Origin: Camelus ferus
Lineage: Eukaryota
DNA: 64,000 nt
Direction of reading: 5' to 3'
Assembly: GCF_009834535.1 (NCBI RefSeq)
Contig: NC_045696.1
Location: forward strand, 31,064,001-31,128,000
The position numbers were made by a program, and so were the translations under genes. Positions 27,491-39,905 of this stretch are shown piece by piece. The first letter of the stretch is position 1, and every line of letters starts with the position of its first letter. The notes under the pieces are model-generated. The model was not told the DNA's origin and made no database searches. It saw only the letters and a program-made list of their open reading frames with translations.

Positions 27491-28401
27491 TCTGTTTCCA
27501 AGTCTGCCCAGGGATTGACTTCAACACCAAGGACTATATTCTTTTTAAGACTGAAATGAGTAGATAATCTCACAGAATATGAAAACCCTTATTAATGTTG
27601 ATATTGATGCATAACCAGTAGAGTTATGTGTAATTAATGATAATGTTATTATTCTATAATGATTTTCAAACTAATTATCTAAACACATACTTCCCAAGCT
27701 ATATAAAATTAAGAAGTATAGGAGTATATTTTATTATATTATATTTTTCAAACATACATTACTTACTGTCAATTTGTCATTCTTATTATATGAATTAGTT
27801 TTGTCCAAAAGTAAAAGTGTTACTTTTTCTTTCTTTCTATCTACTCCAATTCTCTGAAGGTTCACTTATGGATTAAAATTAAAACTGGACGAAAGCACAG
27901 ATACCACAAGAGGCTGACTCTTGAGCTATTCCCTGCTGTTCCTAAATCTCTGCTTTCTTTTCTAATTCTTCCTGGATTTAGAATAATGTGATACTTACTT
28001 CTTTTCTTCAGTGCCACTTTTTGGATTGCCTTAAGAGTAGGCCAAACAAACTGGCAGCTTCAGATTGGAGGAGAACTCATGAGAGAGAATAAGCAAACCA
28101 GACACCTTCAGAGCATCCTCTTAATCAGCTGCCTTCTCCCCTTTCTATGGCTGAATGAAAGTAGCAGCTCTCACCCCTGTTTATGTTCACATGACCATCA
28201 TGAGGCAACTACTAATCATTTCTATGGTGATATTTTAGCTTAAATTTATATTGTATTTTATTTTAACTGCAAATTTTACTTGAATATCTTTTTTTCCATT
28301 GATTATTATTATGCTGTGTTGTTGTGTACAAATAACTTAAAAAATATAGCGATCATTGGTCATGTAGTTCTGTATGACAGATAATGAATTAGAATAAGCC
28401 T

Positions 28402-28578
28402 TGTATCTTTTTGAATTAGAGTTCCTCCAGATATATGCCCAGGAGTGGGACTGCTGGATCATACAGTAAGTCTATTTTTAATTTTTTGAGGAATCTCCAT
28501 ACTGTTCATAGCAGCGCTATATACAATAGCCAAGACATGAAAGCAACTTAAATGTCCATCAACAGATGACTGGGTAAA
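28402..28578. mobile_element. L1 ORF2-end fragment with internal inversion
   Basis: 28402-28506 is antisense L1 ('atatgcccaggagtgggactgctggatcata..ttttgaggaatctccatactgtt'). 28503-28578 is sense L1 ('tgttcatagcagcgctatatacaatagccaagacatg..aaatgtccatcaacagatga'). Confidence 0.9.
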
Positions 28579-28852
28579 TTACTAATTTATAATAATTAAT
28601 TATTATGATAATTAAATTGACATCCGTAAAAACACTAAATGGTATGTGGAGTACAGGAGCAACAGACTCAACTTTTAAGTTGAGTTTTAGGTGCTACTAT
28701 TATTTCTGAATCTGAGGATGAATAGAGTACATTAGGTGGACTCATTTTAAAATTATTTATCATATGCCATCCCTAGCTAATGAGTTTTGTGTTTAAATAC
28801 TTAAATACATGTAGTATTAAATCCTTGTGGGATGAGCAATTGGGTGTATAAG

Positions 28853-28978
28853 TTAGGTCACTATACACTTACTACCCAAACTGGAATACTTCACAGTGAA
28901 AGTGGGTGTTAGTAATAATTAAAGTTAAAGAATGGTGACACTAAGACTGTCTTCAATAAACAGGTAAATTGTGCTCTC
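28853..28978. mobile_element. MER81-like hAT-Blackjack MITE
   Basis: 'ccaaactggaatacttcacagtgaaagtgggtgttagtaataatta..gactgtc..aaacagg' resembles the recalled MER81 consensus. Confidence 0.55.
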
Positions 28979-29074
28979 AGAACCAGGTTTGATGTTAAAT
29001 TTGCTGCTTTAAGAGCCAAAAATTCCTTTACCACATCCTTTTAGTAAACTTGATGTTTCTAGATGGAAAACAAA

Positions 29075-29318
29075 TGATTGATGACACTTACATAGTTCTT
29101 TACTGTTCATTGTACATATTACATGTTTTATTCCCCACAATAATCCCATAAAGAAGGGAATACTTTTGATTATCACTGCATCACAGGCGAGGAAGTTGAT
29201 ACATGTTACATATTCATTAGTTTTTCTGAAGTCAAATTCACTGAACTAATTAACATTACAGCCAAAACTCCAATGCTGTGTGGAAGTCATAGCCCACATT
29301 CTTAAACGGTACTCCAGA
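29075..29318 (-). mobile_element. MIR
   Basis: 'ccccacaataatcccata..ttatcactgcatcacaggcgaggaa..agcccacattcttaa'. Confidence 0.7.
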
Positions 29319-29319
29319 G

Positions 29320-29530
29320 GCTTTTGAAGGATTTTTATCAGGAAGGTGACACAATCACATACGTCTTGGAATGTGAATCTGGTTCTGTTGTAGAAAAAAA
29401 ATATGAGGGTTGAAGAATTGATATAGAGAGAAGAGTTACAAGATGGCTGAAATAATTATGAAAGGTCTAGGGTAGAAGTGTGGACAGATAGAAAGAAGTA
29501 GAATGAATATGGATTTAGATATTGGTGGAG
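29320..29530 (-). mobile_element. L2 fragment
   Basis: 'ttgaaggatttttatcaggaaggtgacacaatcacat..tctggttctgttgtaga'. Confidence 0.65.
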
Positions 29531-30065
29531 AGAAGGTGTGAAGAGAATGGGTTTGGCCTCTTAAAATCTCTTCAGAAAGTCTATACATAGTAATACCATC
29601 TATTCATTCATTATTAGTTAGCAGGTGTTTTCTCTGTTCTCCTCAAAATATGTGAACTTTGATTTAGTAAGGTATTAGCCAGAGAAATTATGTTCTTATA
29701 ATTATTGTAGAAAGAGGACATTTTAAAGTAATCAATTTTAAGGCTTCAGATTTTAAAAATATGCTAAAAGTGTTATAAAAACTTGAATTTTAAATAATTA
29801 TGCAACAATTGCTTTTCACTTGCTTGATTATATATTGTTCTTTTACATACATAAATATAAGGATAAATTAAGAGACATATTTCAAAAGGCTCTGTAATAA
29901 TCATTTTCTTATTCTGAATATATTTATTTTTAAATGAGAATGAAAGATACTCACTTAAAAAACCTCATGATTCCAGCTCATTTTAGCAGCCACTGAGAGA
30001 AACTATTACAAAATTTAAGTTCAATTACAGATACTCTACTTTTCTTAAGGAGATTTAAAACCTGG

Positions 30066-30493
30066 TGCTATGGGTTGAATTGAGTCTCTTCAAAATTTAC
30101 ATGTTGACGTCCTAATCCCAAATAGCACAGAATGAGACCTCATTAGGAAATAACGTTGATGCAGATGTAATTAGTTAAGATGAGGTCATTGAGGTGGGTC
30201 ATAATCCATGTGACAGATGTCCTTATAAAAAGGGGGAATTTGGAGACAGAGGCATGCAAAGATGAAGCCAGAGATCAAGCTGACCTTCTACAAGCCAAGG
30301 AACACAAAAGACTGCCAGCAAACCACTGTGGGCTGGCAGAGAAGCATGGAACCCAGTCTTCCCCAGAGCCCTCAGAATGAACCAACCCTGCTAGCACCTT
30401 GATTACAGGCTTCTAGTCCCCAGAACTGTGAGACAATACATTTCTCTATTTATTCTATCTGCTTTGTTACGGCAGCCCTAGGAAATGAATTCA
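30066..30493 (+). mobile_element. MLT1B/C-like MaLR solo LTR
   Basis: 'tgctatgggttgaattg', 'gcagatgtaattagttaagatgaggtcat', 'cttctacaagccaaggaacac', end 'tttgttacggcagccctaggaaatgaattca'. Confidence 0.93.
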
Positions 30494-30918
30494 TGTGTTA
30501 TAAATCTTTAATACACTTATGTATGTTTTAAAAATATTAGTCAATCTTCTGATTTCCTCTATATTATAAATGTAACATTGCTTCCCTTTTCCATTTACAT
30601 ATAAGCCAGAAGAAATATAATAGTATTAATGTAAGACTAAGTTCCATGCTGAATATTACAATGCTTTTCAAATGTTAAAAGTTAGAAATCTGAAATTACC
30701 TTGGGACAGTCCATTATTATTAAAGCAGTTATAACTAAATAAAAATAAATATGTGGCCTTGGAGCAATAACTTAACACTTTTGGGTCTCAGTTTTCTCAC
30801 AATGTGCATCTGAATTAAAGATCTTGATGGATCTTTTTAATTATAAATTCTATGCTTTATAAGTTTTTTTTAGGAAACTTTACCTGTTATGAAATTAAAT
30901 ACACTCAGTAACCTAAAC

Positions 30919-31083
30919 CAGTATTTCTCAGTCCAATGTGCATAAGAATTACTTGGAATTCTTGTCATAATGCAAATATTCTGAGTCACTAAATCTGGTG
31001 TAGTACTGAGATTTTGTATTCCTAGCAAGCTCCTACACGATACCCATGCCTCTGGTTCTGGACTGCATTTGTGTGGCCAAGGA
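30919..31083. mobile_element. MER5A-like hAT-Charlie MITE
   Basis: 'cagtatttctca..gcataagaattacttgga..aatgcaaat..ctagcaagctcc..ctggttctggactgcattt'. Confidence 0.8.
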
Positions 31084-31404
31084 TTTTAACTTCCCATGGT
31101 TATCAGATGAATTTTAGTCTTCACCCTCACCCAGGCTGTCATTACTAACGGCATTAGCATCAAGGATTTCATTTTTTAAATATCCTAAAATCAACATTAC
31201 TTGATCTAATTAATAATTATGCTAATGATGAAATAATAAGTGATAACAAAAGCAATAATTGTTAACCACTTATTGACTGTTTATTATGTTCTAAGCAGAT
31301 AAAGCTGGACGTGTTTAGAACTATTGTTGCTGAAGTGGCTGTGCTGGGGTCTAACCCCACCCCATTCCAATTCCTGGTCTCACTTCCTTGAGCACCATTC
31401 TCTA

Positions 31405-31485
31405 TGCATGTATGAGTGTGTGTGTGTATGTATTCCTGTGTGCTCATATGCGTGTGTGTGTGTATTTGTGCATGTATGTATATGT
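31405..31485. repeat. Degenerate (TG)n/(TA)n simple repeat
   Basis: Directly visible. Confidence 0.75.
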
Positions 31486-32169
31486 CCTCTGACACCATTT
31501 CAGAGACCTTGGACGACTGCACTATTTAGGAGCTATTTTGTTTTAGTTATCCATCTCTAACTTCAAAAAGTTTACTATGTGCATCTATGTATTATGACTT
31601 CAGCCTATGATAGCTTCATGCTTCCTGATTCCATTGTAGTTTCAGATTTATCAACCAGACACCACAGTCAATTAAATTCTACTCTTTTTAACAATCATAA
31701 ATTGCTAAACCGCCTGGTCTGTCCAGGCTCATCAGGCCAGTCTATGTTCTGTAGTCCATTCTCTGTAATCCCTCGTCTATGGTGTCCACTTTTTTACAGC
31801 AATCATTCCAAAGATGCGTCATAGAACACACATTCACTGGGTTGATTTCAGATCCAAGTATCTTATTCATAAAAAGTAAGTTCTATCAATTATTGCTTAT
31901 CTGTTTCCCATTTCAAAAATTGTACACAATTTTTATGTCAAAGATATATCAAATATACACTCCATAGTACAGGACCCAACAGTTATTTTAAAATACATGA
32001 AATACGTAGGAATATGTCCAAAATCGTGCATTTGACTAATAAATGAATTCTATGAATATGACAGTGGGTAACAGCGTAACGTATACTTTCACATTATAAA
32101 ACCACATCTGGGGTACCAGATTCAATTACTATCATCAGATATGTGGAAATTTAAACAAGACTCTCAAAT

Positions 32170-32425
32170 TTCAATACAATCATAAAAATGGGCAAAGTAT
32201 TGATATGCTCAACTGCAGGGTAATCCTTCAAACATAATGTCAAGCAAAGCAAGACAGACAGAAAATTGTCTACACTATGTGATTGCATATTTTTAATATT
32301 CATAAGCAATTCAAACTAACCTATGGTTTTAGAAGTTGGGATGGTTTTTACCTTCAGGGGCACAGTGTATGGGAGAAGTTACAAGTGCCATTCAACTTTG
32401 TAAAACTTCTTAGTGCTGTGTAGTT
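32170..32425 (+). mobile_element. Ancient L1ME/MC-like 3' fragment
   Basis: 'aaacataatgtcaagcaaagcaagacagacagaaa..tacactatgtgattgcat', 'aaactaacctatggttttagaagttgggatgg'. Confidence 0.75.
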
Positions 32426-32434
32426 TTAAAAAAA

Positions 32435-33050
32435 GGGAGGATGTGAAGAAAAGGGAACCCTTGTGCACTGTTGGTAGACTTTAAATTGGTGCAGCCACTT
32501 TGGAAAACAGAATGAAGATTCCTCTAAAAACCAACAGTAGGACTACTATATGATCCAGTAATTCCACTCCTGGGTATTTATTCAGAAACTATAAAAACAC
32601 CAGTTTAAAAAGATTCATCTGTCAATGGATGAGTGAATAAAGATGTGGTATAAATATACAATGGAATACTGCCCAGCTATAAAAAAAAGAATGAAATCAT
32701 GCCATCTGCAACAACATAGATGGACCTTGAAGGTATTAAGTTAAGTGCAATATATCAGATGGAGAAAGAGAAGTATATGATTTCACTCATACATGGAATC
32801 TTAAAAAAAAACAAAACATATAAACAAAATAAAATGAAAACCATATCCTAGATAAAGAGATCACCTTTGTGTTTCCCAGAGGGGAAGCTGGTTGGGGGAC
32901 AGGAGAAACTGGTGAAGCCAGTCCACTGTATGGTGGTGGGTGGTAACTAGAATTGTGGCAATGATCATTTTATAGTATAGACAGATGTTGAATTATATAA
33001 TGCTGTACACCTGAAACTTATATAATGAAAAAAAGTTTTCTTTAAAAAAG
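32435..33050 (+). mobile_element. L1 3' end (laurasiatherian-type), 5'-truncated, with a small internal deletion near 32625
   Basis: 'gaggatgtgaagaaaagggaacccttgtgcactgttggt', 'tatgatccagtaattccactcctgggtatt', 3'UTR 'tgctgtacacctgaaacttatataat', and an A-rich tail. Confidence 0.93.
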
Positions 33051-34354
33051 AAAGAATTTTGACTATTACAAAATGTTTAAACTTGGTAACTTTGAATTAT
33101 TTTCTAAAACTTTTAAAATGCTTTAATATTTCATACAGAAATATTAAACAACACTATATCACATTGTCCTCATTTTGTCTTGTGCCATATTTCCATATTT
33201 GTCAATATAATACTAAGGTAGACAAAGATGGTATGTAATACAGAATTAAATAATCAGCTGGCCATTGCAATAATTTGCAAAGGAATTGACTCCCATCCTC
33301 CTGGCTGAGCATCACTAGACAAGACTCAAGTAACTGCTGATCTCTCCTTCATCCCTCTCTTCTGAGTCACAGAATGGGCTCTGGGTGCAGCTGAGAATTC
33401 AGCATTGTGTCCCTGTCCTCAGGCTGAGAAACTGAATACTGTCTCATCATTCTGAGCAGTCTTCTACTCCGTCACTGTGTCTGCTGCTTCTCATTCCACT
33501 GTCACTAATAATCTTGGCTGCTGCCAACATCGCAGCTACCTTTTATTCTTTCTTTTTATCTTGTTAATTATCTCTAGCTTTCCGCCTCTTTTATAAAAAA
33601 TGTAATATTTGTCCTCCTTTTCTTTTTTCCCCCCTTACCCTCCCTTCTCCCCAACCCCCTCAATTTTCTCTCTCCCCCTCATTTTTGCTCATCCGTTTTG
33701 GCTTGTTACAAAGTCATCCAAAAGCTTTTCTTGGTGAATTGATTAATTACAGTATCTGGAGTATATGTTTCACTACATCTAACTACTTTGTCCTTTTTTC
33801 TCCCACAGTTAATGTTAATGTCAAATTCTGGCCCTCCCTCTTTCATTTCTTTCTGAATCTAGTATTTTTTTTTTCTTCTCAGTATAAAGGATGAGTAAAA
33901 TTTAGAATCTTGTGTGTGTAGATGTGTTTGAGTTGTGTGTGTGTTGACCAAAATTGCCAACAATAGCTCGTATTTTGAAACATATGAATGACATTCAGGT
34001 AAAATTACTAATTTAGTTGATGAAGTATTGCTCACTTGGGGGGTATTCTATTGACTTGTAAAAGGAAGGACATATTCAGAGATTCGGTGCATGTCATTTA
34101 CTTTTCAAATATCAACCTTTAATTAATTTCAGGCTTCAAATGAATCAGCTTCTTCAATATTGTACAAATATAACCAATGCAGAATTTTTAATTCAGTTTT
34201 TAAATCAGTGTTAAAATAGAAAGATGTAATTACTAACTTTAGTACTTCCTAAACTAGTTAGGAATTTCAGAAACTCTGCTTAATAAGTATTGCAATGTTT
34301 CTTCATTATTTAACCTGCTAAATTTTTTCAGGCAGTCCTTGAGCTTCCTTTTTA

Positions 34355-34490
34355 AACTACCTCATTGCTTGTTCTGAGATCTAAATGTGAATGGGTCTTA
34401 AAAGCATTTAGATTGTGCCTAACACACAATAAGAGCTCTAAAGGGAATATTTATATTTTTTCTTGTCTATTACTGTAATTATTATTATAT
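34355..34490 (+). mobile_element. MIR 3' half
   Basis: 'ctacctcat..gttctgagatctaaatg..aaagcatttagattgtgcctaacacacaataagagctc'. Confidence 0.7.
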
Positions 34491-34599
34491 AAGTTGTCAA
34501 GCATTATTTCTGCTCTATGAGCTAGGAATATAACCTTTAATAAAAAAACAGTCAAGTCAATTTATAAAACACTATTGCTAATTTGTGAAGAGTAATTCC

Positions 34600-35230
34600 G
34601 TAACTTGAGGCAGAAAACACATTAGATGTATCTGGGACATCTTGTTGCCAGAAAGCAAGTATCCTTTTAAGGAGATTAAGAGAAAGTTCTAAATGACTGA
34701 AGAACCTGCTTAAATATATATCTGTATTTTAGTCTTTGCAAACAGGAAAGAGGAACCATGTTAAATATTAGCAAACCTAGTTATCTCTTAAATAAAAAGG
34801 TAATGCGTCAAGACCTGCATCTTCCATTGACTTTGGTGACCACATATCATGATCTATGCGGAAAGAACCAGAAAGAATCTAATAATCAGTTAAAAAAAAT
34901 GATAAAATAACCAAGTGCCTAGAAGAAAGATAACTCTACTGGTAAACCCCAATTCCTTAGGAGAGCCTAGATGACATTTCTAATTATAGTAAAGAATTAA
35001 AAAAGAACAGATCAGGTTAATATATCATAAATATAGCACAATAGGTCAGGTACTACTGTGAATGCAAATATAAAGTACAGCTCAATTCCAGCAAAGATCT
35101 ATGTTTTAGAAATTAAAATCCGTAAGAAAGTTGGAGATAATCATAAACCCTTGATATAAAAGTGAAACTATATTAAAAAAATTATCTCATGACTGGTTAC
35201 TTGGTATGGAATTGATTCATAAGGTTAATA
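34600..35230 (+). mobile_element. Possible ancient L1 (L1MC/MD-like) 3' UTR remnant
   Basis: 'tctgggacatcttgttgccagaaagcaag' and A-rich sense bias. Weak match. Confidence 0.35.
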
Positions 35231-36118
35231 TGTTCACCAAAAAACAAAGTAAAAGTAATTATAAGCATACCTTCCTGTGCACAACAGCCACCTGACTATG
35301 AAATAATCTAGTAAAAATAAAGTCTGGTTAGTCAGAAAAGGCTTCTTTGAAAACAGAAATGTTACTGTTTTCCAATTGTTTTTTTTTTTCCATTCGTGAA
35401 AAAAAAATGCTTCATTCTCAAACAATTCAGAGAAGTGTTGAATAGTGAAAAAAAATTCTAGATCCAATATTCTTCATCATCATTAAACATTTATCAAGTA
35501 CACTGTTAATTGCCAAGCTGGTGAAATGCCTAATTGTTGCATTCACAAATTGCAGTCACTGGCCCCCACTTGCAAGCCTCCTTTGTAGGCAATTTCACAC
35601 CTACAAACTCTACTGTGCTCAGCGGCTTAGGCAAAGGTATTTTCTATCAGATGAATCTTTGGCCTTAGCTTATTGTTCAAAACTGAGTTGCAATGAATTC
35701 AAGTGCAGCTCTAGATGAGTAGAAATTACAATGTTATGGGATCGAAACAATTAAATGTATAGAACGATTAGAGAATAACAAAGTTAAATTCTACTGGAAG
35801 TTAGGCGAATCAAAGAGTTTAAATCAAATAATCTTGATCTCAGTGACAAATAAGTTCTTTTTACATATAGGTGATGAGGAAAGAACTCTACTGGAATTAG
35901 ATTTAAGATCATGAGTAAACTATAATTCATAATGGCTATATAATGTTTAAAAATGGCAACTATTTTTATTTTTAAATGTTTTCATTAAAGGCAGTGACAC
36001 CAGCTCATTGTTTAAAAAAAAAAAGCCTAATAAGGTTGATTAAGTTTGCCTGATGTGTAAAATATTATATATACACACACACACACATATGATATATATA
36101 TAAGTTTATGTGTTTGTG

Positions 36119-36755
36119 TGTGTAGGCCAAATAATGTCCCACCTGAAAGATGTTTGCACCCTAATTCCTGAAACAAGTTAATTACATGACAAAAGGGATT
36201 TTGCTTTTGGAATTAAATTTGCAAATCAGCCGATCATCTTTAAACAGGTTATCTCAGATTTTCCATGGCCCCTTGTAACCACAAGGGTCCTTAAAAGATG
36301 GAAGAGACAGGCAGACGAGTCAGTCTGAGAGATTCCACAAAAGAGGCAGAGGACAGGTGAAGCAGAAAGAGAGGTCAGTGAAATGTGAAGTACAGAAGGA
36401 CCTGACACGCTTTTGCAGTTCTGAGACGAAGAGGCTTCTCAGCCAGGGAATGCAAGCAGCCTCCAGAAACTGAGAACACACAGCCAAAGGCCAGTAAGGA
36501 AATGGGACCTCAGGACTACAACTGCATAGAACTGAAATCTGTCAACAACCTGCATTAACCTGGAAACGTTTTCTTCCCCAGACCCTCCAGAAAGGAACAC
36601 AGCTCCACGGATGCCTTGATTTTAACCTTGGGAGACTCTAAGCCGAGTCCCAGGTTGAGTTCTCTGAACTTACAGAAACTGTCAGATATTAACTAAAAGG
36701 GCGCTGTTTAAGCCACTAAGCTTGTGGTACTTTGTTACGGCAGCAATAGAGAACA
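36119..36755 (+). mobile_element. MLT1E-like MaLR solo LTR
   Basis: 'ggccagtaaggaaatgggacctcag..acaactgcatagaactgaaatctgtcaacaacctg', end 'aagccactaagcttgtggtactttgttacggcagcaatagagaac'. Length about 640 bp. Confidence 0.92.
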
Positions 36756-38900
36756 TCTTTTAGATTCAAATCCACATATTTTTATAGCACTTATAAATAC
36801 AATTATAAGATTCTTAATCTCTGTTTTCTTATCATGAACTTTAAGCTTCAGAGATTGTAGGAATCTCTGACTGCTCAGGACAGCATACCTGATTATGAAC
36901 TTTGGAAAATGGTACACACATTTTTCAAATGTGGAGAATATAAATCTTGAAGAAAAAAGTATTACAAAGCCTTGGAAGGATTGTTGAATATCATATAAAA
37001 TGCTGATTATTTTGGAATTTTAATTTGTATATTATCTAAGAATAGTTGTATACTCACTCTGTTAAAATGCCAAATTGTGTGCTAAAGTAACAAATATTTT
37101 TGAACCAAATCAAAGCATTATTTACTCACTTTTTCAAGACCACTTTTTTCACCTTTTTATCCAATTTTTTTCTCCATCTTTTTCCCTCAATTCATACCTT
37201 TTTTCTTATTCACCTTCCCATCTCCATTTTTATTTGCTGTTTGTGTATTTTACATGTTTAAAATTTCATATACAAATGTTTAAGGTTTTTCCTGGAAAGG
37301 TAGCATAAAACTATATAAAATAAATAATATATACAGCAGTCCATTTAAAAAGAATGCTTTTATTGCATGGTCAGATCAGAAAATGGTCAATAAATGCTGA
37401 CTTCTGCTATTTCAGCATATTTCAAGATCAAGTCAGGAAGACCCATACATTTCAGACTAAACTGAGTATAAAAGGGAAGAGAACTATTTAAGGCACAGCT
37501 GTTGGAAGAGCTACTCTTTCCAACACAAAAAGATCACAAACAGTAGCTGGTCAATTGGTTTTATAAAAATAATACATTGTCCAGAGAAATAGGACTTGTC
37601 AGTGGTGATATACTCAGGTCACAGTTCTCAACGAGGCTTTTTAACACTTGGCATTCACCACATTGGGTATGCTATTATTGTGAAAACATTACCCAAAATC
37701 AAACTAAAAGCATAATTCTTAGAATATAGCACATGATTGAAATATATTCATGAAATGAAGAAGCGATCAGTTTTTTAGACACAATTAAGAAAAAAAAAAG
37801 AAAAACAGACATCTCAGAGAAAAATTTCTTCATTGAATCATTCTAATCTGCAACAATCTAAAAATGTTGTATTTTAAGCATGCAATTCACTGTACTGGAA
37901 GAAAACCAGACTATTGTGATATGTGTTTCACATCTCCTTGAATTTAATGTCCTTGACATATGTTAAAACAACCCTAAATATTCTGGATGACTTACATAAG
38001 AAGTGTTTCTGCAGACATGACTGTATTGATTGCCGCATTAAATGGATTACAGAACATCCATATATTTGAGGTGCCATCAGGAGTCTTCGGAAGTTTACAT
38101 CTTTCAAATCTCCCAATGACTTCAGACGTGTTTGTCACTCCGAAAAGCAGTCTCCTTGTCATGATTTAGTCCTTGAGAATGAATTTTTGGCCAATAGAGT
38201 CAATCATACTTGGATATTTAAATTCCACAAGCAAGGAGTCTTCAAGCCCTCGCTTCTTTATTTTGTTTGTTTTTCAAGCTCCTCCACTCACTTCCTCACC
38301 TTCTATGATCTGTGATGAGATATAAATTTTATGGAGCGAGAGATCATGTAGAGATATCAGAAAGATATATGATTCTCTAAGAGTTAAAATAGAGGATCTG
38401 GCCTCTTCTTAAGAGTTGTAAAAGGTATCCATGAGAAAGCCATGGTTGGTTATAAAGAAATACAACGTTTACTAGGCAAAGTTATAAAGGCAAAGAACCC
38501 AATTCAACATGTTAGAAGTACGAGGTCTTGTGGAGAGACGAGTAACATTTTCTTCTCAGAAATGTGGCTGAAGCACAAAGGGTGTTTGATAAGGTGGAAT
38601 GCCAGCGCCATACAGGTTTTATTAAACTTCCTGATGATTCTGTTGTAAAAAAAAAAAAATGAAAACCATCTAAGTATTTGAAGTAATTTGATTGGCGTAC
38701 TTAAGTGCATAATGGTGAGATACTGCCTACTTGGGAAAACCCTTGACCCAGAGAGTGGGAACGTCTTTACTCCCCATCACCAACCATTACTTACATTTCA
38801 GATTTCAGTGCATGGATTTATTCTCTCCTTTCTCATTTATTCTCTCCTTTCTCCCTTCCTTGTGGTTAGTGTGGTAAGAGCCCAGACATTGTCATGCAAG

Positions 38901-39410
38901 TTATGTTAGTTTTCTATACTGTGTAATAAACTATCACATTAGCAGCTTAGATAACACATATGAATTATCTTACCAGTTTCTTAGGGTCAGAAAGCTAGGC
39001 ATAGCTTAGCTGTGTTCCCTGCAGAGGACCTCCTGTGACTGCGATCTAGGTGCTGCCAGGGTCAGGCTTCTCGCCTGGAGGGTTGACTAGGAAAACTTCT
39101 GCTTTGCTACACCTGTGGCTGTTGGCAACATTCCATTTGTTGTGATTTTAAGATTCATGGAAGTTTTATTTTTGCCAACAAAAGAAGAGAGGGGAGGGGG
39201 GACTAGAAAGAGCCTACTAGCAAGACAGAATCTTAATGTAACCTAATCATGAAAGCATATCCCATCATTTTTGCCATAGTGTTGGTTAGAAGTAAGTCAT
39301 AGTCTTGCCCAAACTGAGGGTCAGGGGGGTATTGGAGGAGGTGATGATTATGCAAGAGCATCAGCACCAAGAGGTAGAGATCATGGGACCGGCTTAAAGT
39401 CTGTCTGCCA
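38901..39410 (-). mobile_element. MLT1F-like MaLR solo LTR
   Basis: 'ttagttttctatactgtgtaataaactatcac', 'gggtcagaaagctaggcatagcttagctg', 'ttggttagaagtaagtca', end 'gtctgtctgcca'. Confidence 0.88.
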
Positions 39411-39789
39411 GGTGCTTGCTTTCTGTCTTCGTCTTTGGTCGCCCTTTGCTTCCACCAGGCAACGTCTGTATCTGGCTTTGCTGCCCTGGCTGTGTACTAG
39501 ATGCACACGTGCACTTCCACTGCCACCTGTTGTTTTCTGGCTTCATCCTGTTGATGTTTATAGTATGAAATAATTTCATGATTCATAGTGATAAGACCAG
39601 AGATTTAGAGTTTAATATTTGGGTAAGCAGGGGTTGAAGCTAAGATGCACTCCTGTACAGAATACCCCCGTGAAGATATTAGATCAAATTTCTTTTTGTA
39701 AATTGCATATTCAAGTAATTTTTTTTATTAATAAAATAGCAAAATGACATCCAAAAAGACTTTACTTTAAGCAGGAACAAAATGATCGT

Positions 39790-39905
39790 ATTTTGCTTTG
39801 TTCTAGTCACCAAAATATTTCCACACTATCATCATTGCCTGGGTCATAGTCAGTGGAAAACAAACCATTGACAGATGCTTGAATTCCATGCATGCATAAA
39901 TAACA
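39790..39905 (+). mobile_element. L2 3' end fragment
   Basis: 'ttgttctagtcacc..tgcctgggtcatagtcagtg'. Confidence 0.45.

Noticed and set aside
16940..28420. The L1 at 16371-16962 ends at about the consensus position where the 28402 fragment begins, suggesting one split element
   Set aside because: The intervening 11 kb holds much older repeats, and the 28503-28578 arm duplicates sequence already in the first copy with several mismatches. Independent insertions are simpler.
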